In this document: piece by piece, positions 10,851 to 20,655 of the stretch | Layout: the number at the start of each line of letters is the position of its first letter | Numbering within the stretch: position 1 is the first letter of the stretch | Assembly: GCA_965217895.1 (NCBI GenBank) | Contig: CBDCJV010000002.1 | Span: 2,912,001-2,976,000, forward strand | Source of the DNA: Waterburya sp. | Lineage (GTDB): Bacteria; Cyanobacteriota; Cyanobacteriia; Cyanobacteriales; Xenococcaceae | DNA length: 64,000 nt | Reading direction: 5' to 3' | The notes under the pieces: model-generated | What the model was told of the DNA's origin: nothing | The model's database searches: none | Seen by the model: only the letters and a program-made list of their open reading frames with translations | Translations under genes and position numbers: made by a program

Positions 10851-11149
10851 CTATGTGTAATCAATAATTAACCAATAACAAATTATGATTATCGGCGATC
10901 GCTTTTAGGCGGCAATACTAAAATCTATAGTGGGGCGTTATTACGTCTGTAGGAAAAAGATTTTGAGCAGGTACAGCATCAAGACTGAATTTCTTCGGCC
11001 AGAGGTTGACTGTAAAGTTAAAATGGCAGAAACACAACGTCAACATCTTTTATAACTGTTGGTAAAGTTCTTTAGTTATTTCTCACAGATATTAAAAAGA
11101 TCTAACCTCAGACTGTTAAAATTTGTGAGGCTTCTATAAAATTGGCTAA

Positions 11150-12208
11150 ATGGTATTAAAGCGCGCAAGGATCGCAGTAGACGCTATGGGGGGAGATTAC
11201 GCCCCTGAAGAAATTGTGGCGGGGGCAGTTCAAGCCTCAGCAGAACTAGATTTAGATGTCTTACTGGTGGGAGATGAACAACAGATAAGCCCGTTACTGG
11301 AAAAATATAACGGCAAGGGAATAGCCCAAGCTGAAGTTGTTCACGCTGAAGATGTGATCGCCATGAAGGAAGAACCTCTAAAAGCGATTCGCCGTAAGCC
11401 CAAAGCCTCGATCAATGTGGCAATGAATTTAGTTAAGCAAAAAAAAGCTGATGCGGTAGTTTCGGCTGGACATTCAGGGGCAGCAATGGCATCGGCTCAT
11501 CTAAGATTAGGTCGTTTGCAAGGTATCGAACGTCCTGCTATTGGTGCAGTATTACCTACCATTATTCCTGGTCAATCGGTCATCGTTTTAGACGTGGGGG
11601 CAAACGTAGACAGCAAAGCCAAATATCTGGATCAGTTTGCCTTAATGGGTACAATCTACAGTAGATATGTTTTGGGCAAGGAAGAGCCGAAAGTAGGATT
11701 GCTCAATATTGGCGAAGAATCTTGCAAGGGCAATGAATTGGCACTCTCTACCTATAAGTTGCTGTCGAATAATTCCCAGATTCTTTTTGTGGGTAACGCC
11801 GAAGGCAGAGATGTTTTGTCTGGAGAGTTTGATATTATCGTTTGCGATGGTTTTGTGGGCAATATTGTTCTCAAGTTTGCTGAAGCAATTGGCGAAGTGA
11901 TGCTGCAAATTATGAAAGAAGAACTACCCCAAGGATTGCACGGTAAGATGGGAACAGCTTTACTCAAGCCCAATCTAAAAAATATAAAACGTCGAATAGA
12001 TCGCGCCGAACATGGTGGAGGATTGCTGTTTGGAGTAGCGGGAATCTGCATTATCAGCCACGGTAGCTCTCGTCGGGGGTCAATGTTTAGTGCGATTCGC
12101 TTGGCAAAAGAGGCGATAGATAACGATGTATTAGCCAAAATAAAAGCTTACAACAACCAAAGAATTGAAGAACAGATAAATCATACAGAAGCAGCTTCTG
12201 CTAAATAA
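11150..12208 (+). CDS. plsX: Phosphate acyltransferase PlsX
   Basis: IAVDAMGGDYAP, SAGHSGA, RPAIG, LDVGAN, DGFVGN, SHGSS motifs. Confidence 0.97.
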   Translation: MVLKRARIAVDAMGGDYAPEEIVAGAVQASAELDLDVLLVGDEQQISPLLEKYNGKGIAQAEVVHAEDVIAMKEEPLKAIRRKPKASINVAMNLVKQKKADAVVSAGHSGAAMASAHLRLGRLQGIERPAIGAVLPTIIPGQSVIVLDVGANVDSKAKYLDQFALMGTIYSRYVLGKEEPKVGLLNIGEESCKGNELALSTYKLLSNNSQILFVGNAEGRDVLSGEFDIIVCDGFVGNIVLKFAEAIGEVMLQIMKEELPQGLHGKMGTALLKPNLKNIKRRIDRAEHGGGLLFGVAGICIISHGSSRRGSMFSAIRLAKEAIDNDVLAKIKAYNNQRIEEQINHTEAASAK

Positions 12209-12250
12209 ATGTATCAATCAATAAGCCCTAATAAATAACGGAGTGAAACA

Positions 12251-13249
12251 TTGAACAATATGGGTGCGGGGATAGCGATTACTGGATGTGGTTCGGCTGC
12301 ACCAAAGGCAGTTTTGACTAACGATCATTTGGCGCAGATGGTTGCCACCTCTGATGAATGGATTAATACCAGAACGGGCATGAGCAATCGTCATATCGCC
12401 TCAGCTACCGAATCTCTTAGTCAACTATCTGCTGTGGCTGCCCAAAATGCGATCGCTATGGCAGGAATTACCGCCACCGATATTGATTTGATTATTCTGG
12501 CTACCTCCACTCCTGATGATCTGTTTGGTAGTGCCTGTAAGGTTCAAGGATTGATTGGGGCAACTAACGCGGTGGCTTTCGATTTAGGTGCTGCTTGTTC
12601 TGGGTTTATTTTTGCTTTGATTACGGCTTCTGGGTTTATTCGCACTGGAGTGTATAAAAACGTCTTGATTATCGGCGCAGATATACTTTCTCGTTGGGTA
12701 GATTGGTCAGATCGCTCTAGCTGTGTTTTGTTTGGTGATGGTGCGGGGGCAATGGTATGTCAAAGAACTAGTCAAGGCGATCGCCTATTAAGCATGGGAA
12801 TGTATAGTAACGGTAGCCAAAATGATTCTCTAAATTTAAACTACTATAGTCAATCTAAACCACTGGTAGAGAATATAACTGCCCAATACGGTTCATATCA
12901 GCCAATAACCATGAATGGTAAAGAAGTATATCGTTTTGCTGTAGCTAAAGTTCCTGAAGCAGTTAGTAAAGCTATGTTTCAAGCTAACTTAACGGCAGAT
13001 GATATTGATTGGCTGTTGCTGCATCAGGCAAATCAGCGCATCATGGATGCAGTAGCAAAAAGGCTCAAAATTCCTACAGAAAAGATTTTAAGTAATATAG
13101 CTGAATATGGAAATACGTCTGCTGCTTCTATTCCTCTGGCGTTAGATGCTGCGGTTAGAGACGGTCGAGTTCAGCCAGGACATACCATTGCTGCTTCTGG
13201 CTTTGGTGCAGGTTTAACCTGGGGTACAGCTATTTTTAAATGGGGCTAG
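12251..13249 (+). CDS. fabH: Beta-ketoacyl-ACP synthase III
   Basis: AACSGF catalytic Cys, HQANQRI, YGNTSAAS, GFGAGLTWG. Confidence 0.97.
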   Translation: MNNMGAGIAITGCGSAAPKAVLTNDHLAQMVATSDEWINTRTGMSNRHIASATESLSQLSAVAAQNAIAMAGITATDIDLIILATSTPDDLFGSACKVQGLIGATNAVAFDLGAACSGFIFALITASGFIRTGVYKNVLIIGADILSRWVDWSDRSSCVLFGDGAGAMVCQRTSQGDRLLSMGMYSNGSQNDSLNLNYYSQSKPLVENITAQYGSYQPITMNGKEVYRFAVAKVPEAVSKAMFQANLTADDIDWLLLHQANQRIMDAVAKRLKIPTEKILSNIAEYGNTSAASIPLALDAAVRDGRVQPGHTIAASGFGAGLTWGTAIFKWG

Positions 13250-13327
13250 ATTTGGTGATTACTGAGCCGTCAGGTATTTGTTAGGCTGTTAGCAAAATAA
13301 AATTACTATAATAACTATTAATTTCTA

Positions 13328-13522
13328 ATGGGTTCATTAAATAGATTAATTAAGTCTGTGGTAATTGGCTTAATTGTCTTTTTATTTTCCAGTTTATTAA
13401 TTATTGATCCTGTTAATGCCAAAAGTATTACTGGTAGTTTTGGCGCAGGTACTATGATTGCAACACCCGATAGGAATGTTGTAATTGAAGATTTACAGCC
13501 AGGCGATCGCCATTGTGGTTAG
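13328..13522 (+). pseudogene. Truncated secreted Hint-domain protein
   Basis: Signal peptide, then Hint block A-like SFGAGTMIATP..V.IEDL.PGD; ends abruptly at HIP1 13503-13510. Confidence 0.7.
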
Positions 13523-13949
13523 TTTTCGCGATCGCATCTTTATTTACAGAATATTTTTTGACAATCTACAAAATCCATGATGCCAACTAGCCAAAGTATA
13601 GACTTTTACCTTTATTTTTATCTGACCAAAGAAAGATCAAATCAACATTTTTAGCTGATAACTTTTATCTATAAGCCTGATAACTATTTAATAATTTGAC
13701 GCGCTATATAAGTGACATTTTTTAAATAGTTTATTCGTTTAAGTCTCTCTTAATAAAAGATACTTAAAATGAATAGTTTTGTTTGGAGCAGCCTTTTGAA
13801 ATGTTGTTCTAGAAAACTTTAAAGACTAAGTAAGTACTAACTAATTGAGTTTAGTAATGTTGGGTATTTATTGTTAGCCATCCCTTACTAGCATTTTATT
13901 GTGTGTTGCATCAAAGTTATTTGGATTAATTATTCAGGCTTTGTTTTAA

Positions 13950-14078
13950 GCTGATTTTACTTGCTCGATAGATTCCAACGAAAATGTTGATGTCAATACT
14001 GAAACTGGTGGATATGGTAATCAAGATGTCTGGAATGATTCTCAACAGGCTAGTTCAGAACAAACAGCAGCTAATTAA
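13950..14078 (+). pseudogene. Start-less remnant of a hydrophilic protein related to the next ORF
   Basis: Frame ...DSNENVDVNTETGGYGNQDVWNDSQQASSEQTAAN* has no start codon and shares NVDV...DSQ..AAN with the end of 14138-14455. Confidence 0.45.
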
Positions 14079-14137
14079 AATTAGCTTTTTCAGGCTTAAA
14101 ACCACAAAAATCAAACAACAAGAATATTAAACTAATC

Positions 14138-14455
14138 ATGACTTCTAATAACACTCAGCAAGATGATCTCAGTTCCAAAGCACAACCTGGTTCTCGCGAA
14201 TCTAGTAGTGGTGGTGAAACTAGTACTACAGGTGGTAGTTCTCAGGTTGATGTCAAAGATGTATTGAATACTAATGAGACAGGTAAGTCACCAGAAAACG
14301 TTAATACTGTACCAGATGATTCTGGCGACTCTAAATCAAAAGAAGGCGGTACTTCAGAAGTCTCTGCCAAAGAACAACTGAACACCCACGGTTCAGGTGA
14401 GCCATCCGCCGACAATGTTGATGTCGAAGCTGATTCTCAAGCAGCAAATAGTTAA
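14138..14455 (+). CDS. Small intrinsically disordered hydrophilin-like protein with an internal repeat
   Basis: S/T/G/E/D/N-rich with no aromatic residues; GGSSQVDVKDVLNT / GGTSEVSAKEQLNT repeat; followed by a hairpin at 14522-14561. Confidence 0.75.
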   Translation: MTSNNTQQDDLSSKAQPGSRESSSGGETSTTGGSSQVDVKDVLNTNETGKSPENVNTVPDDSGDSKSKEGGTSEVSAKEQLNTHGSGEPSADNVDVEADSQAANS

Positions 14456-14579
14456 TGATTTGAACATTGCATAGTTAATAGCATTTATTTTAACTGTGCA
14501 ACGCACTTTATTAAATAAAATTGTCTGGCTAATCGATCGCCTTAGCAATCATTAGCCAGACAACACTAGAGAATTTATC

Positions 14580-14849
14580 ATGTTCAAACGCGATCGCTCT
14601 ATTCTTTTCAAAGAAACTCTGCTTGATGCTTCGCTTAAAAATGAGTTCGGCTTCCAAGAACAAGATATTTTACCTTTGTTTCTAAAATATCAAAGTAAGC
14701 GACAAATTCTAATTAATATTGTCAGTTTTATGACTTACGTGGTTCAATTAGCGACTCAGTTTTATTTACGGCGTTTGCAAAGAGGCAATACTGTTTATCA
14801 ACCAGGAACTCGATTTAACTGGTTTAAAGTAGGTAGATCTAAATCTTAA
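14580..14849 (+). CDS. Hypothetical protein
   Basis: 89-aa ATG ORF; no recognisable motif. Confidence 0.4.
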   Translation: MFKRDRSILFKETLLDASLKNEFGFQEQDILPLFLKYQSKRQILINIVSFMTYVVQLATQFYLRRLQRGNTVYQPGTRFNWFKVGRSKS

Positions 14850-15337
14850 GCAACATCAAAATTAGATGGCTTATTGCGATTCAAAATAAACCAGCCAACT
14901 GCTATAGATAGAATACCTGCACCGATAAAGCTCAAATCCCAAGCAAGCTGATGCGCTCCTGGCTTGACATGGTGAATCTGAAAAATATGGTGGCTAAGAA
15001 TACCTTCGACTACATTAAACATACCCGCACCGATACAAAAAGCACCAATTAAAACCGATGTAGATAGTAATACATCATCGCGCTTAACTGCTAGCCATAA
15101 GGCTATTATGCCAGCCAGAGTTATCAGCCAGTCTGCCAAATGAAATAAACCATCACCTAAAGTATTTAATTCCAAACCTGCAACAGTATTACCACTTTCA
15201 ATATTGGTAAACATATGATGCCACTGTAGCAGTTGGTGAAAAAAGATCCCGTCGAAAAAGCCAGCTTGTCCTAAACCAAGTAGGATTCCAGCAATAATTA
15301 AAGGGCGGTTGTTGTTAACAGTATTATTTGTTGACAT
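14846..15337 (-). CDS. DUF2243 family membrane protein
   Basis: GFFDGIFFHQLLQWHHM, DGLFH, HHIFQIHHV motifs. Confidence 0.9.
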   Translation of the reverse strand: MSTNNTVNNNRPLIIAGILLGLGQAGFFDGIFFHQLLQWHHMFTNIESGNTVAGLELNTLGDGLFHLADWLITLAGIIALWLAVKRDDVLLSTSVLIGAFCIGAGMFNVVEGILSHHIFQIHHVKPGAHQLAWDLSFIGAGILSIAVGWFILNRNKPSNFDVA

Positions 15338-15775
15338 AATAAGTCTTTCAAAGTTGCAGTAACTATTTTTTAAGTAATAAAATTTGAGCTTTTATCTAAT
15401 ACGAAAATGTTTTTTTATAGTGAGCAGAATGCTTGCATTTTCTAATAAAAATTAGAATTCTAAGAACTGTTTAATGCTATAAGTTCGGCAAAAAGATAGC
15501 GATCACGCGAGTTTAAATATAATCTGCCTTTAAGGTCTGAAAAGAATAATTCATTAAATGCACCATATATATTATATTTTATTACTTGATAACTACAATA
15601 GCTGTATGGTAGTTAATGCTAATAAAACTATCTACATCTTAGCTAAAAAGTATTCAGCCATTAGAGGGATATTAATACTTGTTTGCTATCAGCATTAAAA
15701 CTAAAAAGATTGCAAAAAACATCTACTTTTTTAGAGATTAATCAAAGCTACGATTAATGATATAAGTCTATCTTT

Positions 15776-17167
15776 GTGAAGAAGCAAAGCAAGATACAAA
15801 TTAGCAAAAATGTAACTACCTCACTACATAATAAAAAATTAATGCTACAAATTGCTGCTGTAAATCTGCTTCAGCCTATAGCAGGACAGATAGACTATAA
15901 TGCCAATTTACAACCATTAGTCAGTCGATCGCCTTTAATTAGCTGTGAAATTTGCGTAATCGTTCCCGTGCGCGATGAAGCAGAAAATATTGAAGCTACG
16001 CTTTTGGCTTTGACAAATCAAGTAGATTTAACAGGTAAGCCTTTAGATAAAAACCGTTACGAAATTATTGTTCTGGCGAATAACTGTACCGACAATTCCG
16101 CAGAAGTGGCTAGGCGTTTTGCTCTAACTCAGCCAAATTTGATACTTCATATTGTAGAAATGACTATCGAAAGCGATCGCGCTCACATTGGCTGGGTGAG
16201 AAAGCTCTTGATGGATGAGGCATACAGACGATTAAAATCGATCAAACGCGACTTTGGTGTAATTGCCTCTACCGATGGAGATACGCGAGTTTCTTCTACA
16301 TGGATTGCTGCAACTCTAGCAGAAATTAAGGCTGGGGCTGATGCTGTTGGTGGTCGCATCGTTACCAATAACAGAGAAAGAAGTAAACTAGACAAGACTA
16401 CCAGACTATATTTTCTGAGTTATCTGCGTTATGGCTATTTAACCTCACAGCTAGAAGCTTTTCTCGATCCCTATTTCGATCCGCTCCCCCGACATCATCA
16501 TCATTACGGCGCAAGTTTTGCCATAACTGCGCAAATGTACGCTAAAGTTGGCGGTCTACCTCCTTTACCTTCCTCTGAAGATTTGGCTCTTTATAATGCC
16601 TTGATGCGTGTAGATGCTTGTTTTCGCCACAGTCCAGCAGTGCGGGTAGTTACCAGTGCTAGAGATTTAGGAAGGGCGAAGGCTGGGCTAGCAGATCGAT
16701 TGTCTCAGCTAAAGACTATAGGGCAACAGCAACAGTGTTTGTGGGTCGAGTCGGCTTTGACAACCGAAGCCCGTTTTCGTCTACGTCGTCAGCTACGCTA
16801 TTTGTGGCACAGAACTTTAACAGGCAAAGCTTCGGCAGTTAAGATGGCAATTGTGGCTCAAAAGTTGGGCATAAATCAAGACTTACTAGTAGAAATTATC
16901 TGGCGTAGCCAAGCCATGCCGATAGGCTTATCGCCTAGTTTTGGATTGCTTGTCGAGCAGATTGGACAATATCAAGCAGAAAATGCCCATTTATACAGTA
17001 AATACGCCCAAAAAGTCACGATTCAACAGGCAATTGTGGATTTACAGGCTCTAGTAAACAAAACTTACATCGATCGCCATCATTTAAGAAAACAAACTAA
17101 TTATTATTCAAGTCTAAACTCGCTCGAACAAATCGAGCCGATATCGCTCCTCCCGCAGTCCTTTTAA
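15776..17167 (+). CDS. Glycosyltransferase family 2
   Basis: VIVPVRDE, LANNCTD, STDGD (DxD), YAKVGG...EDLAL; the true start may be the ATG at 15842. Confidence 0.9.
   Translation: MKKQSKIQISKNVTTSLHNKKLMLQIAAVNLLQPIAGQIDYNANLQPLVSRSPLISCEICVIVPVRDEAENIEATLLALTNQVDLTGKPLDKNRYEIIVLANNCTDNSAEVARRFALTQPNLILHIVEMTIESDRAHIGWVRKLLMDEAYRRLKSIKRDFGVIASTDGDTRVSSTWIAATLAEIKAGADAVGGRIVTNNRERSKLDKTTRLYFLSYLRYGYLTSQLEAFLDPYFDPLPRHHHHYGASFAITAQMYAKVGGLPPLPSSEDLALYNALMRVDACFRHSPAVRVVTSARDLGRAKAGLADRLSQLKTIGQQQQCLWVESALTTEARFRLRRQLRYLWHRTLTGKASAVKMAIVAQKLGINQDLLVEIIWRSQAMPIGLSPSFGLLVEQIGQYQAENAHLYSKYAQKVTIQQAIVDLQALVNKTYIDRHHLRKQTNYYSSLNSLEQIEPISLLPQSF
16903..16934. repeat. 24-nt small dispersed repeat inserted in-frame into a HIP1 site
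   Basis: GCG[TAGCCAAGCCATGCCGATAGGCTT]ATCGC; internal AAGCC..GGCTT hairpin. Confidence 0.7.
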
Positions 17168-17695
17168 ATGTTTTAAACCAGTAAGTTGTAGAAAAGAATT
17201 GTGAACTTCATCGCCTGTAAGGGGATAATCTTTGGCAAATAGCGTCCAGTGAACCAGCAAAAGATGTCCTCCTACCTGGAGATGCTTGAGAATCAATTGC
17301 TGAGTTTTTTTAAGATCGTCCCAACTCAGGTAATAGCCAACTTCTGATACCAAAGTTAGATCAAACATTTCATCAGGATAGTCTTGTGGCACTTGAGCAA
17401 TTTTAAAGCGTACCTGGGGTAAATCTTGACAACGAGCGATCGCCTTTTTTTGAGCTATTTCCGAAACATCAATCGAAAGCAAAGAGTCGCAGCGTTGAGC
17501 CAGCAAAGCCGTTAGTACCCCAATCGAGCCACCTATTTCTAAGACATTGCTGTAGCGGGGTTTGGGTAAGGTGGCAATAGTTGTCTGATATTTTTGGGCT
17601 TCATAATCGCTGGTTTCAAAATCCCAAGGATCGGGATTTGCTCGATACATATCTTCAAAATAATTTGGCGGAAGCGAATTTTTTGGCTTATTCAT
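17114..17695 (-). CDS. NodS-like SAM-dependent methyltransferase
   Basis: YFEDMY...DPW.F..S.YE..KY, LEIGGSIG, SEVGYY, LLVHW. Confidence 0.9.
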   Translation of the reverse strand: MNKPKNSLPPNYFEDMYRANPDPWDFETSDYEAQKYQTTIATLPKPRYSNVLEIGGSIGVLTALLAQRCDSLLSIDVSEIAQKKAIARCQDLPQVRFKIAQVPQDYPDEMFDLTLVSEVGYYLSWDDLKKTQQLILKHLQVGGHLLLVHWTLFAKDYPLTGDEVHNSFLQLTGLKHLKGLREERYRLDLFERV

Positions 17696-17791
17696 AATTT
17701 TGTCGTTGGTAATTTAATACATAACATACAAGGTGTTTCTGACCGCAGCTTTAAGCTATAAGCTTTTAAGCAGTGAATGTAAGAGATAATT

Positions 17792-18658
17792 TCAAAAATC
17801 AGAACCTGCATCAACCCCAACTTCTAAATATATTTCCCAGGGTTGAGTAAAATTTCGCAGCATTTCTGGTGTTAAACGGAAACCTTCTGGGTCATCGTCG
17901 ATTAAATCGCTTATTTGAGAACGATATTGAGCGATCGCCTGTTGTTTTAATTCGAGAACACTACTAATATCTAATCGCCAAGCATTTATCGACTCAGGAA
18001 AATTCTGTCTTTGCTTACTGTCCCAATCCCAAATAGGATACTCGATTAGACGCGGAATGTTATCTTGATTATTAATAGCTGCTTTAAACAATTGCCAACT
18101 AGCGCGGTGATCTGGGTGAGGATCTCTACGCCAAGGAAGCAAGACAATTGAAGGTGTCGTGTTTTTTAAATACTGATGACAAAGTGAAATTGCATCCTGA
18201 TATTCCTGTCCTCTTTCTTTTGTCCTCTTGTCTATCTCTACTATTTCATTGCTATTCAAATTTACAGCCGGAACTGCACCATCAGGCATTCCTAAAAAAG
18301 TAACTGCTTCAGGCGCAACGCCTAAAACCGCCAAAGCAGCCAAACTTTCTTGTTCTCGTAATTTCTTCAGTGCTGGAGGTGGATAGGTTTTAGAATTAGG
18401 ATGAGATTTTGTGCCATCACTAACGACCAATACTTTTACCGCTATATTTAATTGGCGTAATAAAGCAATCGCGCCTCCGCAACCCAAGGTTTCATCATCG
18501 GGATGAGGTGCGACTATTAATATAGATTGATGATCTGATTTTCGCTCAACTAAAGTTTCAATTTCCCAAAGAGGTAAAAACTCTGGAGTGTTAAAAAAAG
18601 AGCGATCGCCTGTAGGGGCGAACGGCCGTTCGCCCCTACCAAAGTTGACTGGCATCAT
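17792..18658 (-). CDS. PIG-L/LmbE family deacetylase
   Basis: APHPDDETLGCGG, SDGTKSHP, R..E, DPHPDH motifs; likely start at ATG 18658 rather than 18706. Confidence 0.9.
   Translation of the reverse strand: MMPVNFGRGERPFAPTGDRSFFNTPEFLPLWEIETLVERKSDHQSILIVAPHPDDETLGCGGAIALLRQLNIAVKVLVVSDGTKSHPNSKTYPPPALKKLREQESLAALAVLGVAPEAVTFLGMPDGAVPAVNLNSNEIVEIDKRTKERGQEYQDAISLCHQYLKNTTPSIVLLPWRRDPHPDHRASWQLFKAAINNQDNIPRLIEYPIWDWDSKQRQNFPESINAWRLDISSVLELKQQAIAQYRSQISDLIDDDPEGFRLTPEMLRNFTQPWEIYLEVGVDAGSDF
18612..18639. repeat. GTAG-type REP-like perfect palindrome
   Basis: GTAGGGGCGAACGGCCGTTCGCCCCTAC is a perfect 28-bp palindrome. Confidence 0.85.
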
Positions 18659-19847
18659 CGGTTTGGATAAGAACATATTTGCCGACATCGGTAAGGGCAG
18701 CATCAAAAGCAGGTTGACGCAGATATAAACTCAAATCTCTAATTATGCGTTCCATAGGTTCTGGTGGTAGTAAGCCCAATGTACCGATAGAACGTTGACT
18801 TAACTGAATTGTATCAAAACAAATTTGTTCGATCGCCGTTCGCACCATGTTGGCATAAGCTACTAATTTTGGGGCTTGTTCTTGGTTATCTTCAGGATAA
18901 CCGCCAAAAACGGGGGCATAGTTGTTTACCATTTGCCCTGCACTTTGAAGCCAAAGCTTACCGCTTTCAATGGCGATCGCCATTTTGCCAAAACGCTCTT
19001 GCTGTTGGGGATGTTCACAGCGATCTAGCTTCTGTAAATATTGACGACTAACGTTAAATAGAGCTTCTGCACCACCTAGCTGTACCGCAGCAAAACGAAT
19101 TACACCACCACTCAACCAAGGTTGACGAAAATAGTCTCCAGGTTTACCAATCAAAGATTTTGCTTCTACCTCTACGCCCGTAAAGTCTACCTTATAACTT
19201 ACTGTCGCCCGCATTCCTGATGGCTGCCACCAGTCAGGATCTACCACTGTTTCGACTTCATCCATTGGCATGATACACATTTGCCAACTACCGTCAGGTA
19301 ATTTACCATTTACAAAGGGACGCTCTACATAACCGCAGCCCGTACAAAAAGTTTTACTACCTTCTAATCGATACCTGCCATTATTTAAAGGGATAATTTT
19401 TACGCCATCTTTCCCTTCGGCATTCCATACCCCAAATATTTTATGTTGTCTGGCATCGGCAGCATAGGCTTCAATTTGCTCAGAAGTGCCAAAGGTTTGT
19501 ATCAGTTGCAAAGCATTAACATGACCTTCATAAATACGCCCAATAACTAGGTTTCCACGTCCAATTTCCTTGAGAAGCATCAATAACTCCTCAGTGTGAC
19601 CTGTTTCAAAACCTAACCCCAGCCCACCGAAGGGACGACTTAAAGGGGCAGTCAACAAACCTGCTGCTGCAATCTGCTTAAACTCTTCAACGGGGAAGAT
19701 TCTTTGTTTATCAAGCGAATCTGCATTAACTGCTGCAAAATCTGCTACTTTTTTAGCTTTAAGCGCGATATCTTCGATTAGCTTCGCGATCGCTTCTAAA
19801 GATAAATTCTGATTGGGTGCTGCTTTAGAGAATAGTTGGGTAGTAAT
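18636..19847 (-). CDS. Acyl-CoA dehydrogenase-like protein
   Basis: GRIYEGHVNA, L.GSK.FCTG, GMRAT.S, RDLSLYLRQP; frame is open 63 codons upstream of the TTG at 19658, to an ATT at 19847 behind SD AGGAG. Confidence 0.88.
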   Translation of the reverse strand: MTTQLFSKAAPNQNLSLEAIAKLIEDIALKAKKVADFAAVNADSLDKQRIFPVEEFKQIAAAGLLTAPLSRPFGGLGLGFETGHTEELLMLLKEIGRGNLVIGRIYEGHVNALQLIQTFGTSEQIEAYAADARQHKIFGVWNAEGKDGVKIIPLNNGRYRLEGSKTFCTGCGYVERPFVNGKLPDGSWQMCIMPMDEVETVVDPDWWQPSGMRATVSYKVDFTGVEVEAKSLIGKPGDYFRQPWLSGGVIRFAAVQLGGAEALFNVSRQYLQKLDRCEHPQQQERFGKMAIAIESGKLWLQSAGQMVNNYAPVFGGYPEDNQEQAPKLVAYANMVRTAIEQICFDTIQLSQRSIGTLGLLPPEPMERIIRDLSLYLRQPAFDAALTDVGKYVLIQTDDASQLW

Positions 19848-19973
19848 GTCCCTTCTCCTAATTAAATAATTGAACCTAATTAGATTGTTGCAATTAAGGT
19901 TGTGTTGGTGCTTCTATCAAAAGATTTAAAAGCTAGTAAAGGCGATCGCAATGCTAATAAATAACATTAATTG

Positions 19974-20392
19974 GCGATCGCACCTGTCAATATGAAATAT
20001 CTACAGATCGAAGCCAAACTATTAGGCTTTATGAAGAAAAATTGGTTACTAGCAAAGAACGTCGTGAAGTTGGTGAAGTGACTATTGGTAAAAAAATAGA
20101 AACAGAAACCAAAGAAGTAGAAATACCAGTAGAGAAAGAAAAGGTAGTAGTTAAAGTCAAAGATGTTGCTGAAGAAATTCCAGCAGAACCAGGCGAGGCT
20201 AGGTTTCAAGAGGGTGCAGTAGCAAAAGTAAAAGTTTATGAAGAAAAAGCAGAAGTTGAAAAAAAAGCTTTTGTGCGTCAGGAAGTAGAAGTTAAAAAAG
20301 AAGTGGAAGAGACAGCAGTTAAAGCTGAGGAAACTTTACGTAAAGAAGAACTAGAAATGACAGGAGAAGAAAATATTGAAATAGAAAAATAG
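19974..20392 (+). pseudogene. YsnF/AvaK (DUF2382) domain protein, apparently 5'-truncated
   Basis: TIRLYEEKLV..KER..VGEV.IGK..ETE...VYEE.A...K.AFVRQEV; upstream frame has no start and runs back through HIP1 19974-19981 to a stop. Confidence 0.65.
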
Positions 20393-20418
20393 TAATTAAG
20401 CAAAATCCTACTCTTTAG

Positions 20419-20454
20419 TTTAAGGCGATCGGTAGCAATACCGATCGCCTTAAA
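20419..20454 (+). terminator. Hairpin between convergent DUF2382 and DUF4383 genes
   Basis: TTTAAGGCGATCGGTA-GCAA-TACCGATCGCCTTAAA. Confidence 0.65.
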
Positions 20455-20655
20455 TATTCTGAATTGTAATGCTATCGATTAATCTTCTGTTTCTTTTACA
20501 AAAAACTGTTATTTAAAAAAGCTTATAGCTGCACGCTGCCACCGCAGCGAGTCGCGCTACTCGACGCTCTGGGCGGTTCGCGCCCAGAGCGTCGAGTTAC
20601 GAACAGTAATTCTTTGTACGACATTACTCAATCAGCAACGCCAATATTGTTATTA

